Positions 29,229 through 43,606 of a stretch of DNA of 64,000 bases are shown piece by piece. The first letter of the stretch is position 1. Each line of letters opens with the position of its first letter. Under the pieces are notes generated by a model. That model was not told where the DNA came from. It made no database searches and worked only from the letters and a program-made list of their open reading frames with translations. Origin of the DNA: the human T2T-CHM13v2.0 reference genome, Homo sapiens; NCBI RefSeq assembly GCF_009914755.1, contig NC_060926.1; one strand, given 5' to 3'. The position numbers were made by a program, and so were the translations under genes.

Positions 29229-30787
29229 TGAGAGGTGACAATGTGCTAGCAGCCCTCGCTCGCTCTCAGCACCTCCTCGGCCTCAGCGTCCACTCTGGCC
29301 ACCGTTGAGCAGCCCTTCAGCCCGCCGCTGCACTGTGGGAGCCCCTCTCTGGGCTGGCTGAGACCGCAGCCGGCTCCCTCTGCTTGCGGGGAGGTGTGGA
29401 GGGAGAGGCGCAGGCGGGAACCAGGGCTGCAGCACTCACAGGCCAGCGCAAGTTCCAGGTGGGCGTGGGCTCCGCGGGCCCCGCACTCGGAGCGGCCGGC
29501 TGGGGCAGTGAGGGGCTTAGCACCCGTGCCAGCAGCTGCGGAGGAGCGCCGGGTCCCCCAGCACTGCCGGCCCGTCCGCACCAGGCTGGAATTCTCGCCT
29601 GGCCTCAGCCATCTTCCCGCGGGGCAGGGCTGGGGATCTGCAGCCCGCCATGCTGGAGCCCGCCCCGCCCCACACCGCCCCACACCGCCCCACACCGCCC
29701 CACACCGCCCCACACCGCCCCACACCGCCCCACACCGCCCCACACCCTGGCGGTGGGCTCCCGAGTGGCCTGAGCCTCCCCAGTAGCCCCAGCCTCCCCT
29801 ACGGGCACCACCCCTTGCTCTGCTGCGCCGGGTCCCATTGACTGCCCAAGGGCTGAGGAATGCAGGCGCGGGGCGTGGGATTGGTGGGCAGCTCTGCCTG
29901 CGGCCCTGGCACAGATCCACTAGGCGAAGCTAGCTGGGCTTCTGAGTCAAGTGAGGACTTGGAGAACTTTTATGTCTAGCTGGAGGATTGTGTATGCACC
30001 AATCAGCACTCTGTGTCTGGCTCCGGGGTTTGTGGATGCACCAATCAGCACTTTGTATCTAGCTGATCTGGTGGGGACTTGGAGAACTTTTATGTCTAGC
30101 TAGAGGGTTGTAAATGCACCAATCAGCACTCTGTGTCTAGCTAAAGGTTTGTAAATGCACCAATCAATGCCCTGTGTCTAGCTAATCTAGTGGGGACTTG
30201 GAGAACTTTTGTGTCTAGCTAAAGGATTGTAAAAATGCACCAATCAGCACTCTGTGTCTAACTCAAGGTTTGTAAACGCACCAAGCAGTGCTCTGTGTCT
30301 AGCTAATCTAGTGGGGACTTGGAGAACTTTTGTGTCTAGCTAAAGGATTGTAAATGCACCAATCAGCACTCTGTCAAAATGGACCAATCAGCCCTCTGTA
30401 AAATGGGCCAATCAGCAGGATGTGGGTGGGGCCAGATAAGGGAATAAAAGCAGGCTGCCTGAGCTGGCACTGGCAACCCCCTGGGGTCCCCTTCCATAGT
30501 GTGGAAGCTTTGTTCTTTTGCTCTTTGCAATAAATTTTGCTGCTGGTCACTCTTTGGGTCCACACTGCCTTTATGTGCTGTAACACTCACTGGGAAGGTC
30601 TGCAGCTTCACTCCTGAGGCCAGCGAGCTCACAAACCCACCAGAAGGAAGAGACTCCGAACATGTCCGAACATCAGAAGGAACAAACTCCGGTCACGCTG
30701 CCTTTAAGAACCGTCACACTCACCGCGAGGGTCCGCGGCTTCATTCTTGAAGTCAATGAGACCAAGAACCCACCAATTCGGGCCACA
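29229..30787 (+). mobile_element. LTR12 (ERV9) solo LTR, sense to the host gene
   Basis: tgagaggtgaca...ccaattcgggccaca; perfect 4-bp TSD ctac at 29225-29228 and 30788-30791; 8 intact CCAAT boxes. Confidence 0.95.
29661..29746. repeat. (CACACCGCCC)7 decamer tandem repeat inside LTR12
   Basis: Seven identical units at 29671-29740 plus partial flanking units. Confidence 0.95.
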
Positions 30788-31029
30788 CTACTATTACAGT
30801 GGGGAAACCGAGGTGCAAAGGAAACTTGCCCAGGGTCACACAGCCAGAACTGGCAGAGCCAGGGTACAAAAGGCTGAATTCCCGAAATTAGTATTCTTTT
30901 CACTCTGCTTTTCTGCCTTACAAGCGATAAGGCAAAAACACAGTGAGAAATGGTAATGGAAAACGTTAAAATAATGTAAAACCTCTCTGCTTCTGCCAGG
31001 GTGATGATGATACACGATAAATATTTGCC

Positions 31030-31560
31030 TGTGGTAGATTGATTTTTTTTTTTTTTTTTTTTTTTACTATTGGCCTCTGTTAATGGCCTCCCTGAACTCC
31101 CTGTATCCACTATCCACACTCTTTGCCCTATAACTTTGCAGGTTCTCTTCCTCCTTCCTTCTTCCCCCACCCTGGTCCCCCGCCCCCTTTTGGCTATGTG
31201 ACTTGCTTTGGCCAGTGGGATGTTAGCACATGCTGTGTATAAACAGAGTTGTAAAAAGAGGCTGTTTCTGATATCCTTTTACAGGACTGGGCTTGCACCT
31301 TCAGACCCCGCCACCTCCATGAGATCGTGCCCAGGCTAGCCCAGTGGAGGGGGCCAGGTTTGTGCTTGCCGATTTCATCATAGACCAGCCAATGCCATCT
31401 GACCTGTCAGCTGTGTGCTGTCTCCTGAGCAGGTCTAGGTCGGCCAGGGTTACCTGAATCACCCACTGGCTGACCTGTAGAGATGTGTAAATCATCCATG
31501 GTTGTTGTAAGCCACTGAGTTTGGGGTAAGTTTGCTATAGAGCAGTGGTTAACTGATGCA
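31030..31560 (+). mobile_element. LTR16-like ERVL LTR
   Basis: tgtggtagattg...atgtgacttgctttggccagtgggatgttagca...aagccactgag...aactgatgca. Confidence 0.65.
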
Positions 31561-31959
31561 CAGCTCGTATCAGATGTTTGAATAGTGTAGAAAGTAATTT
31601 TAGTGTCCTTTTAAAAATCTTTTTGTTAGTTACTTGTAACTAATATTCTTTTAAGATTGTACTTAAGTTCAAGAACTTGGCCATTGTATCTGCCCCTTTT
31701 TCCCTTTTTAGAAAACCATTAAAATCCTTTATATTTTTACCAATTACACTCAGAAACAGACTAGTTTTCCTTTCTGAAACTGTTTATCTTGTAATATGGT
31801 GGCTTTTGACCCCACCCTGGAGTAAGAAATACATGCTGAATCAGAGCTCACATATGGAAGTAGGTAACAGTAAGAAAAGTTTCATAAAAAGTACTTAACC
31901 TTTATCGTGGCCTCTGGTGTTTTCTATTTTGTCCTATTTCATTGTCTTAAAAAATTTTG

Positions 31960-32170
31960 GTCAGAGGTCAGGCGGCACGTGACTGGCTGCCTATTTTGTA
32001 AATAAAGTTTTATTGGCACATACCCAATCCCATTTGTTCTTCTGTTGTTTATGGCTACTTTCACACTACAATGGCAGAGGCCAGTGGTTGTGACTGATAA
32101 GAGATGACCTGGCCTACAAAGTCTCAAGTATTTACTCTCTGGCCCGAGAAGAAAAAGTTTTCTGACCTTT
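31960..32170. mobile_element. MER58-like hAT DNA transposon
   Basis: ttttgtaaataaagttttattgg...tatttactctctggccc. Confidence 0.7.
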
Positions 32171-33070
32171 GCACTGAATGGATTTCATAACCCATCAGTT
32201 AGTTGTGACCTTCTGTTTGGAAGACCCTGTTCAAGTGACCCTTTGGTCTCCTCATACCCTTGTAGAAATGACAGTGAACACATGTGGCAGATGTGAAAAC
32301 TCACCCTTCTCTGTTTACTTGGAATCAACAATTAGGTCCTTGCCATCTAACATTACACCCGATTGGCTTATATAGGAAACTTTTCAAGCATTTCTAAATT
32401 GTTTCATTATAAGTAGTGTTATGCCCCCCCTTCTTAATTTATTTTTAAATAAGGCTTTCTAGTGGAAACTAACTGGAATTAAAATGGGCACAAATTCCAT
32501 TCAAGTGCTAGTTATTTATTCATTAGATCCCGGCAGTGCCTTTTTTGGTGATATAATGGAGTCCATTAGTGGGAAAGGCAAAGAAACAGTGATCCTAGCT
32601 TCTCTTACACCACCTTTCTGGCAGCTGGGCCTTATTGCCACATTTCTGAATTAGGGTGGTATTATATCTGAGCAGAATAAAATTTAGAGACATTAAATCA
32701 TGGACTTCTGTGGTTGAAAAGACTTTGGAATTTTTTTAAAACTCAGATTTAATTGGCTCCTTAAAGGCCAAATTTCTCCAATACCTTCATTTTTCCAAGC
32801 CTGTCAAGAAAGGACAACATTGTTATTTATGTTGCATGGCTCATGGGATTGATGAGAAAGAGCTGAGGCAGAAAAACTTCAGAGGGATCTGGATATGTCT
32901 TTGTAGAATCTGAAATGCCAGGTGAAGGATGGTCCCTGGCCCATTTATTTATTGTCAGTGAGAATGGAATCAAAATAAATGAGCTTAAACTACAGCATGA
33001 AGAGCTTAGGTAAAATCTGAGAAAAATCCCCCAAATAGGGTCCTTTTATTGACATTAGAATAGGTTATCC

Positions 33071-33658
33071 TGTAATCTTAATAGATTCATTGCACACATC
33101 AAGTCAATATGTAGAGAAACTGGGTTGCAGCAGAGAAAGGTTTAATCAAAGGGCCACCGAATGAGAGGGGAGGAAACCTCAAATCCATCTCTCTGAGGAG
33201 TTTGGGTTAGAGTTTTTAAGGGTTTTGGAAAGGGGCAGGCTTGGCGGTTGTTGATTGGTCGAAAAATGCAGGGTGAACATGGGACAGGGAGGTGAACCAC
33301 CTGCATTCTCATGCTGATCCGTTCCTCTGTGGGGGTCTTCAAACTGGTTGTTGGCATTCAGGGTCTGAAAACATTTTAAGCCATCCTTTAAAAAAAAGAC
33401 CTTATGATACTACTGTCAGAGATCCTGTCTATAGGAACAATGGGGATGCAAATCAATTCCTAAACTGTCTTAGGACCCCAATATCAGAAATCCTACTCAT
33501 AGGAACAATGGGGATGCAAATGGCCACTATCTAGTGCTATGTGACTTTTAGCAACAGGGAAGCGGGCCAAGGTGCAGCCTGACTAGTGCTTCATTGTAAC
33601 CATATTTCAGTCCAGAACCTGGCATGCAATTCTTATCAACCCTGTGGGGATGGTTTCA
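33071..33658 (-). mobile_element. ERV1-class solo LTR
   Basis: TG...CA termini (tgtaatc...ggtttca); near-TSD atcc/ctcc; gattgg CCAAT box; subfamily not assigned. Confidence 0.75.
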
Positions 33659-34847
33659 CTCCTAAGCGTTTTTGATGTTAGCTGCTGCCCTTTGTTCAGA
33701 TGGATGGCTGTCCTTCTAGGTGGTTGGATGCCTTTAATTAATAAAGATTCTTCTGGGTGCTAGCAACAGAAACCTGCCAGACCTTGCTTCAGTGGAAGGA
33801 GAGAACTCACATTAGGAACACAGGAATAGGGTCCAGGAGCCCCCTGCAGCCTGGGATCGAGGCTCTAGGAACCCCACAAATCCTTGTTGCTCTCCTTTCT
33901 GCTTCCATGTGTCTGGCTGCTTAATTCTCCTCCCTGCCTATTCTGCTTTTCCTGTCCCAAGGGCAGAACTCTGAGTAAGGGGATTTGTTACAGGGTGTAA
34001 GCCACACAATAAGGCTGATCTTTCTTTTGTAATGCCAGTTCTGGTTTTCCCTCAGTGCCCAGCTTGAGATCACCCAGGGGTGGGCAGGGCGTGGTACCTG
34101 GAGAGAGGACTCTGGTCTAGTCCCAGGCCCTACAATGTTATTGGGGGCATATCAGCAATTTGGGGGGGCAATTTTGATTGTCAGTGATTGAGGAGAGCTA
34201 CTAGCATTTATTGGTTGGGGACCAGGGATGCTAAACATCTGTAATGGGTAGCACAGTTGTGTATCACAAAATGTTTCCTGTTACCCACTAGACAATCATG
34301 GACAAGCAAAATCTGAACCTAGACCTAACTTAGGTATAAGCAAATAATCGTTGCACATTTTAAGTAAACATCGACGTTTCCAGTTAATGAAGAAAGGTTG
34401 TGCTTTCTTTTGTTAGGAAATTTACCATTTTGGAAACTCATGTTACCTGTAGAATTAGCACATCACCTGTATCAGTCCATCTTTGTAGCTGACATGACAC
34501 ATTTTAAAAATTTCACATTAAAATGAAGGCATCTAATGGCTCCATTATGTCTTTTAGAGTGGTCTGGCCCAGCTAATTGCATATTGAAATACATTAGATT
34601 TGTCATAAATTACTTTCCTTTATTGTCTTTTCTGTCAATCTTAGGACATTAAATGTATATGTTTGAAATTGTGTTTAGGTAGGTTATCTGAGCATTTGGT
34701 TCAGATAGTAAAGAGAGTGTTATAAGTTCACTGTAAGCCCCAGGGGCTTTGGGACTGATAGGGTTTAGAACATTGCACTAGGGGAAATGAATTGTAAAGT
34801 AATGTTTTTTCTCTAGACTAATGATTCAGCTGAATTAATACTTTTAA

Positions 34848-35397
<550 letters not shown>

Positions 35398-35579
35398 TCA
35401 CATGAGTTTCATAACTGCACAAGGTTTCAGGGAAACCTGTGAACTTGCATGGGAAAATATTACACTTTCATTTTCCCTAACTTCTAGCCAAAATTTGGCA
35501 ATTCTTTCACTTTGGAAGGTTGGACATAAGTCACAGTAGTATTAGTGCTGTTTGTGACTTTGTCACCAATAGAAATCTA

Positions 35580-36200
<621 letters not shown>

Positions 36201-37454
36201 GAATTGTGGTGTGTTCTAGACCCTGCACACCCACTGCTCCCCTTTCCCTCCTCTTCATCAAGAGTTGACCTCCTCCTGACTTGGGCTTTCTCCAAGGCTG
36301 TCAGGTGCGTTTGTAGAGTGGGTGTGGGCTTATCTCCAACTTTTTATCTTAGACCTGGTCAAAGAATTGAGCTCTATTCTTGGCTCACTGGTTTATCATA
36401 TCCAGGGAGGCAAGTTTGTCAGAACGTTCCTCTAGCAAGGCCATATCTGTCACTACAAGGTATGTGATTCATTTAAAGCCAAATGTCCTAATTATCTGAA
36501 TCCTAAACAGAAGTCTGATTTCAGCTTCAGTTTCAGTTTTTCAAGTGGAGAAAACCCACAGACATTCTGCAGGAAAATGCCCTAAATACACATTAACCCC
36601 CTGTTTTCCTCTTGGTATGCTTTAAGGTTATATCATCGACAACAGCACTCTAAGAAATAGGTCTCTGCCCAAGAAATATGTTGTGCACATGGTTGCCAGG
36701 GGTGTTTTCCTGTTGGCGTATGGCTTTGGACAGAGGGGCATCCCCTAGGAATTGGGGCTTGGCTTGGAGGTAGTCAGCGCCATAGGAATGCACTTCCTCT
36801 TGGCTTCCCGCTTGCCACTCAGTGAGTCCAGCCCAGAGGGTGCTCTGCCGCTGCTGTACCTGGATTTCTGAGAGTGGAGTCAGCCCTTTTCTGTTTCTGG
36901 AAACTTCTCTTGATAGGAAATGACTCTGTCCACAGAAGAGCTTATTGTACTGCACCTCGTCAGGCTGCAGACTTGAAGTCATTGCTGTGCTGCCATGGGC
37001 ATCTCTTTCCACTTGTAGCTATATTTAGAGCATGAAAATGCTGAACATTTCCTTCCTGTTTCTTTAGAAGTCAGAGCGGGGAGGGATTTCTTGTATTCAA
37101 CACAAATCCCTCGGATAACCATATGAAAAGATAATGGGAATAATAATTTTTCGTTCTTTGTTTAAAAAAATATTAACGCTGAAGCTTGGACTAGAATAGT
37201 CTCTATTTTTTTTTTCTGCTTCATTTTTCTATGTTATTGGTCAGTTTTATTATTGAGGCAGTTACATTACATTATATTCTTACTGTTTAAAGATAATGTA
37301 TTTGTATTTAACAAGTTTATCAATGAAGGGATAGCATCTCGCCTTTCTTTTCTTTTTTTTTTTTGCAAATGGAAATAGCAAAGTTATGTTGCTTTCTGAG
37401 TCACTGATTGATATTACAGATTTGTGTTCAAGATTGTTGGCACAATTAGGCCTG

Positions 37455-37610
37455 TTTTTTTTTTTTTTGTTTTGAGACAGAGTCTTGCTCTCTTGCCCAG
37501 GCTAGAGGGCAGTGGCGCTGGTCACTGGTCACTGGTCTCAAACTCGTGGGATCAAGTGATCTTCCCACCTCAGCCTCCCAAAGTCCTGGGATTATAGAGG
37601 TGAGTCTGAC
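37455..37610 (-). mobile_element. Internally deleted Alu
   Basis: Right-arm end fused to left arm across ctggtcactggtcactggtc. Confidence 0.85.
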
Positions 37611-40404
37611 CTAGGCCTAATTTTTAAAGTGAGATACCTAACATAATTTTATTAAGAAGCTGTTCTTCTATCATTGCCCTTTTTTTTTTTGGCTTGAGAA
37701 AGCAAGAAATTCACCAAATTTACTCGCTAAGAGTTAGTGATTCAGTCTGTAGGATCTCTGACCACTCCCCTCCCCCACTCTGAACCACATTCACTCAGAC
37801 TGTTTCATATTTTAATCCTACTTTGTGGAGAGCATAAATAAAGTCCAGAAGGTCTAAAGTGTAGGAGTTAAAGTACCCATGTGTGGTCCATCTTCTGGTC
37901 AGATGGATGACAGAATTAATTGTGCAGCTGCTGGACACGGATAGATCCCATTACCATTTTATAGACCATATCACAGTAGAAAGTGGAAAATATAGGTCCT
38001 GTCTTCAACTTGACAACCAAAAGGTGAGGACCTCACACATGCAGATGAATACTTTCTCTCTGAGAACAGACCTTTTGGGCATGGTAGCTGGTGTACTGGG
38101 AATACTGGGTCCTCCTGTTACCGTGTCTTGTGCACACTGTCTAATGTCATGCTTGGGATAACCATGTATATTAGCTTCCCTTATTTTCACCGGACAAACG
38201 TGAAACTTATGAGGGAAAGTGAAGTATGTTGTCTGGGGTGACTCACATAATAAGCAAGGTGGTCATATAATTTATCATCCAAATCAGGATGCTTTTGAGA
38301 GTGAAGAGGGGTGCTATTGATGATTATGCTGGGATAACAGGCATAAAAGGGGATATATGGTCCCCCTACTGATAAGGTACAGATTGGGGGTTAAATGCAG
38401 GTCTCTGATCTTAAATTGTGCCTACTTTCCATTACATGCTGTTAGATCAGGCCACTCTGTCTGCAAATGAATTGGTAAGGCACAGATGGAAGAACCTTCT
38501 GAAGATGAGTTCTGCTCTAAGAATACAGCCGAAGAGAAATTCTCTAAGGCTAGGCGAAAGGTTTTTTTGGCCAGAGAAATGTCTACTAGAGATCTTCTTT
38601 CATGTAAAAACATGGAAAGGGTTTTGTTGGAAAGACAGTTTCTTCCTTCATAAAAATGGTTTTCCATTGTTTGTTTAAAAGAATGGGTCTGCTTTAGCAT
38701 TTATAAGAAAGACGGAGTAAGAGTCACAGAATCTCATATCCAGGGCAAACATCTTCATAGCCTGTGGCTGTTAAGATCCAGAATGGTAGATGAATTCTTT
38801 AATAGTAAGGTGTGTAGATACAAATTTACTACTCTTGTTTTTAGCACTCTGGCCGTGGCTGCTATCAATGAGGCAATTTTGTGTATGGTATAATCTTACT
38901 CTGAGATGTTAAGGTAAAAATCCCAGCCCTCAAATACACTGCTTTGCCACACTGGGGCTTGTGACAAGCCTTTGTACCTCTGTGAGCTTCAGACACAGGC
39001 ATGCAAACACACCCAGCGGAGGCTCAGACATGAAGACAGATGAAGCGCAGGGTTCTTATAAATGATATTACAGCCCAGCCATGAAAAGGAATGAAAAACC
39101 TCGCACAGTATCGCAGGAATTATTTGTTCGCAGTGTCATGTTCTCTTGCAGCCTTCTAAGCCAGCTGAGGTGCAAAATCAAAAGTTTCATAACAGAGTGG
39201 TTCTGTAAATACCAAAGACTGTAAAACAGCCCTGCTAGATTACCACTTGTCATCAGGTAAGCAGTGCCAGAGGATGACATGCCATCCACAGGCCAGGCCA
39301 CTGCTGGCAACCCAGAGCAAGCAGAGGGAGGGGTGCTGGTTATGCACTTGCTGGCCATTCGAGAACAGCTTTTAGTTGAGAGTTGTTATGTGGCCTTCCT
39401 TCTACACCCAGGTTTAGGGAGGACCTGCCTTCTGACTCTTGGAACACCTGTAAAAGCATGAATCCTAAAGTAGGTAAAGTGAAACTTGCTGGTGATGAAG
39501 AAAAAGTCCTTCCTCCATCAGGAGTGACCAGCAGGACCTGGAGAGGCACTTGGGGGCTCACGGCCTGCACCTGCCCCACTGGGTTGTGTGAGCCACTCCC
39601 TGAAGAGGACAATGATCTCTGGCTGTCTTTATGAATGGTCAGCTCTCCCCCTGGAAATAGGAGAACCACTGGCTACAAAACAGGGAGAAAAAGAAAAAAG
39701 AGAGGCATGAGAAGGCAAAGCCAACAGAGAAGGAGGCGGCCTGGGTGTGGGAGCTGTGGCCGTTCCACCGTGGGAAAGGAGAGATGGGACGATGTGGAGC
39801 AGCTGTGCTGCTGTGGGCGCCACAAGTCTGCTTAGAATGGGGGACAAGGCACTGGCTGGCAAGTCAGGAGATCTGGGGACTGACGCTTTCCCTGCCACTT
39901 TGTGAGCCTCTGTGTCTTCCACAAAAGTGGGCGAGTTGGGTCAGATGTTATCCAGCGTGACTGCCAGCTCTAAAAGTCTTTAATGCCGAGCCAATGAGCC
40001 ATTCTTGTAGGGCTTACCAGTGTGACTCAGTAAACATTTGATGAGTACTTTATATCAGAAACAGGGCACAAAGGTTAATATAACACCTGTGCCCACATCC
40101 AGGGTGGGGCCATGTCATAAGCAGTCCCATTGCTCCAATAATCGGAGAATAGCTAACTTGTACCAGGCAGTGTTCTGGATACTTTCCATTGATTTATCTA
40201 TTCATGAAATACATTAGCAAAATGAATTAGCAGGAAAAAAAAGTGCTAGCTGGGCACTACTGTTCTGATTAGAGAGAGGAGGAAACTAAGGCACGGAGAG
40301 GTTAAGTAATTTGCCCCAGGTTTCGTAGCTAACAAGTGAAGGAGCCAGAATTTCAACCTAGGGAACCTAGCTCCAGAACCCACACTGTGTGGCTGCTGTG
40401 GAGG

Positions 40405-40785
40405 TGCTATGGTTTGAATATTCCCTCCTAAACAAATGTTGTGATTTAACTGCCATTGTAGCAGAATGAAGAAGTGAGGCCTTTAAAAACGGGAAGATCA
40501 TGAGGGCACTGCCCTGATGAAGAGATAATGCTGTTATCCAGGGAATGGGTTAGTTATTGAGAGAGTTATCTAGGGTTCCTGATAGAAAGGATGTGTTCAG
40601 CCCACTTCCCTCTCGGTCTCACATGCTTTTCTACCATGTTCTGACACAGCAAGAAGACCCTCACCAGATGCCAAGCACCACACTCTTAGATTTCTCAGCC
40701 TCCAGAACCATAAGCCAAATAAACTTCTATTTTTATAAATAACCTAGTCTGTGGTATTGTTATAGCAGAAAAATGGACTGATATG
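40405..40785 (+). mobile_element. MST-family MaLR LTR
   Basis: tgctatggtttgaat...cagcctccagaaccataagccaaataaac...ttatagcag. Confidence 0.8.
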
Positions 40786-40909
40786 GGGGGATGTGGTGGT
40801 CACATGTTTTTGTCTGCCTCCATTGATGGGCAGCAACCTTGTCTGTCTTATTAGCTATTATATTCCTATTGCTTAGCCTAATGTAGGCTCTTGGGACATT
40901 TTTGTTGAA

Positions 40910-41012
40910 TAGATAGATGGATAGTTGGATGGGTAAGTGGATGGATAGATGGGTGGGTGGATGAATGGGTGGGTGGGTGGGTGGCTGGATGGGTAGATGA
41001 ATGGGTAGATGG
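40910..41012. repeat. (TGGA/TGGG)n simple repeat, within a probable L2 remnant (about 40820-41500)
   Basis: Degenerate tetramer array read directly. Confidence 0.8.
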
Positions 41013-42269
41013 AGGAAATAAACAAGGTCTTCGGGGAGCTTACAGCCTAATGAGGAAAACAGACTCACACTAATGTCAGTGAGTTGCAGGCAGGGAGGGG
41101 GCTTAGTCCAATCTAGGGCATCAGAAAAGGCTTCCTTGAGGTGGTGGTGGCTGAACTGAGCCTTGAAAGATATGCGGAATTTGGAAGAATGGGATGGGAA
41201 AGACATTGCCAGCAGGGGCCATGTGGTTCAACTCCAGCATTGCTGGCAGCAGTCAGCATTCCCAGAGCCTAGAGGACAGAGCAGGAGCTGCTGGGGATGG
41301 GGCGAGGTCAGGAAAAGCCTTCCTTTGGAATGCATTTGGACTTGCTCCTGAGAGCAGTGGAGAGCACCTGAAAGGTGCATGGCTTGGGCAGATTTGGTTT
41401 TCAGATGGTCTGTTCTGCTTGCAGTGTGAAAAGGAGGGAATAGGAGCAAGCCTGGCTCAGGAGGTGGGGTGGCAGGGCAGGGTACCTCAGTGGTCCCCAA
41501 GGGAGAGCAGGGGAACTTGAAGTGGAGCGAGTGAGGAGAGGTGGCTGAGGAGTGCAAGGGGAGGCTGACGCTTAATTCTGGTCTTGCATAGTTCAGGGCC
41601 TCCTGAGGTTACTGACGCATTGCCCAGGTGTTCCCATGTGAGTGCAAAGCTGTGCTGAGCCTGAGAGGGGAAAGGTGGGCCCTGTGGTTTAGGTGTTGTT
41701 GGCATTGATGGTGGTTAAAGTCAGGAGACCAGATGATACCACCCCGAAAAGAGTGTTAACCTGGAAGAGCCAATTCTTGGAAAATTTCTGCATTTACAGG
41801 CTGAGCCAAAGAGAACCAATGGCCAGAAAGGCCCGGCCCCGCCTGAGTGGAGCAGGCCTATGGGTTTTATGGGACAGATCATTTTGACCATAGTGACAAC
41901 ACTGGAGCCCTCACAGTGTGCTGGGGACATTTGTGAGCACTCAGGTAGTTCTGATTCATCATACAAATCCAGTGAGGTAAGTGTTACTCGGATCTCCATT
42001 TTACAGATGAGTGAACTGAGGCACAGAGGGGCAAAACCAATAATTATCTGAGGTCACATGCTTCACATGACCAAAGGGCACTGGGGAGCCAAGGCCTTCT
42101 GCGTTTTTATTGGTTTTGGCAAGTTGCAAATCCCATGGAATGAATCAGAAGCTGAGAAGGGAAGGAAGGTGTTGGGGCTGTCTTGACAGAGGAAGAAATG
42201 TCAGGGAAGTGTTTGTTTTGTTTGTTTTTTGTTTTTTAACTCTTTTTTTGTGGAGAAGGGGCGGGATAA

Positions 42270-42385
42270 AGACAAGGTCTCACTGTGTTGCCCAGGCTGG
42301 TTTCAAACTCCTGGCCTCAATTGATCCTCCTGCCTTGACCTCCCAAAGTGTTAGGATTACATGTGTGAACCACTGCACCTGGTCC
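42270..42385 (-). mobile_element. Alu monomer fragment
   Basis: ggtctcactgtgttgcccaggctgg...ccactgcacctggtc. Confidence 0.8.
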
Positions 42386-43606
42386 TGTTTTGGTTTTTTT
42401 CAAGAGTGATAGAATTGCTCAAAGGTTTAGAGAGCCTGTTCCGAGATTTTAGAGATACAGGCCGGAGGGGGCATGGGGGTGGGAGGACAAATGTGAGACA
42501 GGCCCTCCTCAAGGAGGCTGGGAGAGCACCAAAGGGAGGCAGGGCTGTTTCTGAATTGGAATGGTAGCGGATGACTCACTGACATGGAATACACAGAATA
42601 GGTGAACCCGCAGAGACAGGAAGCTGATTAGTGTTGCTGGGGGCAGGGGCATGGGGAGAATGCTTGATGGATCTGGGTTTTATTTGGTGGGGGGATGGTG
42701 ATATAAATGTTTTGGAACTAGATAGAGGTGATGGTCACACAACATGATGAACATACTCAATGCCGCTAAGTTTGTTTACTGTTAAAGACTGATTCTGTGT
42801 TTTGTGGATTTTATTAATATCTCAATTTGAGAAAGCACTGGAGAGGGCAGAAGTGGGCAGGGAGTGAAGTGGGTTGTATCTCTGGCCCCTGCTTGCTGCC
42901 TATTTTGTAACAGGGAGCTTTGTTTTCATGATCTTCCCAACTCCTGACATGTTCTTGTTTCCTAGGATGTAGGATTCACTGTGAGCTGAAACCGCGCTCG
43001 GCGCATCCTGGATGCCTGGGAAGCGTTGGAATGAATGAAGGAATGGTTGAGTGGATGGATGAGGAACATCAGGCAGGCGCCTGGAAATAGAGGGGTGGAA
43101 GGGTGGTGCTGGGCTGGAATGGTTGGCTGAGGATAAAGGGAAATGGAGCTGGCTGAAGACAAGAAAAATCCTAGTTACTGTGTTAGAAGACCTGTGGAAG
43201 AGGAGGGTGTGCAGTAACCTGGTAACAATGTTTATGTGGTTACTGTGTATTCATTTAATCTTTCTGGTACTATTGAACCGCCTGAATGCAGAAGAGAAGG
43301 CAGACTATGAAATGAAGGCACAGTTTTCTGTTACCACGTAAGGATTTTGCTGGGTAATTATTACAGTGAGAAGATAGGGATGTGGGGGAGAAGAAGACAT
43401 TGTAACAAGTTCAGGGAGGTGAGGGAATTTAGGAGGGAAAGGCTATGCTGGGGGAGGAAATGGAAAGAAGTGATTCTGGGATGCTCAGGGAGGAAGAGCA
43501 GGCCATCAGCCTTGGGAGTAGAGGCCAGGACAAGGTGTGTCAGGGATGCCGGGTGAAGATGAAGCTCACTGGGCTCCAAGCAACCACTGTGTGGCATCAA
43601 GGTCAC

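Noticed and set aside
32163-32175. DR1-like nuclear receptor site TGACCTTTGCACT
   Set aside because: Single degenerate motif at the edge of a MER58 element, with no supporting evidence
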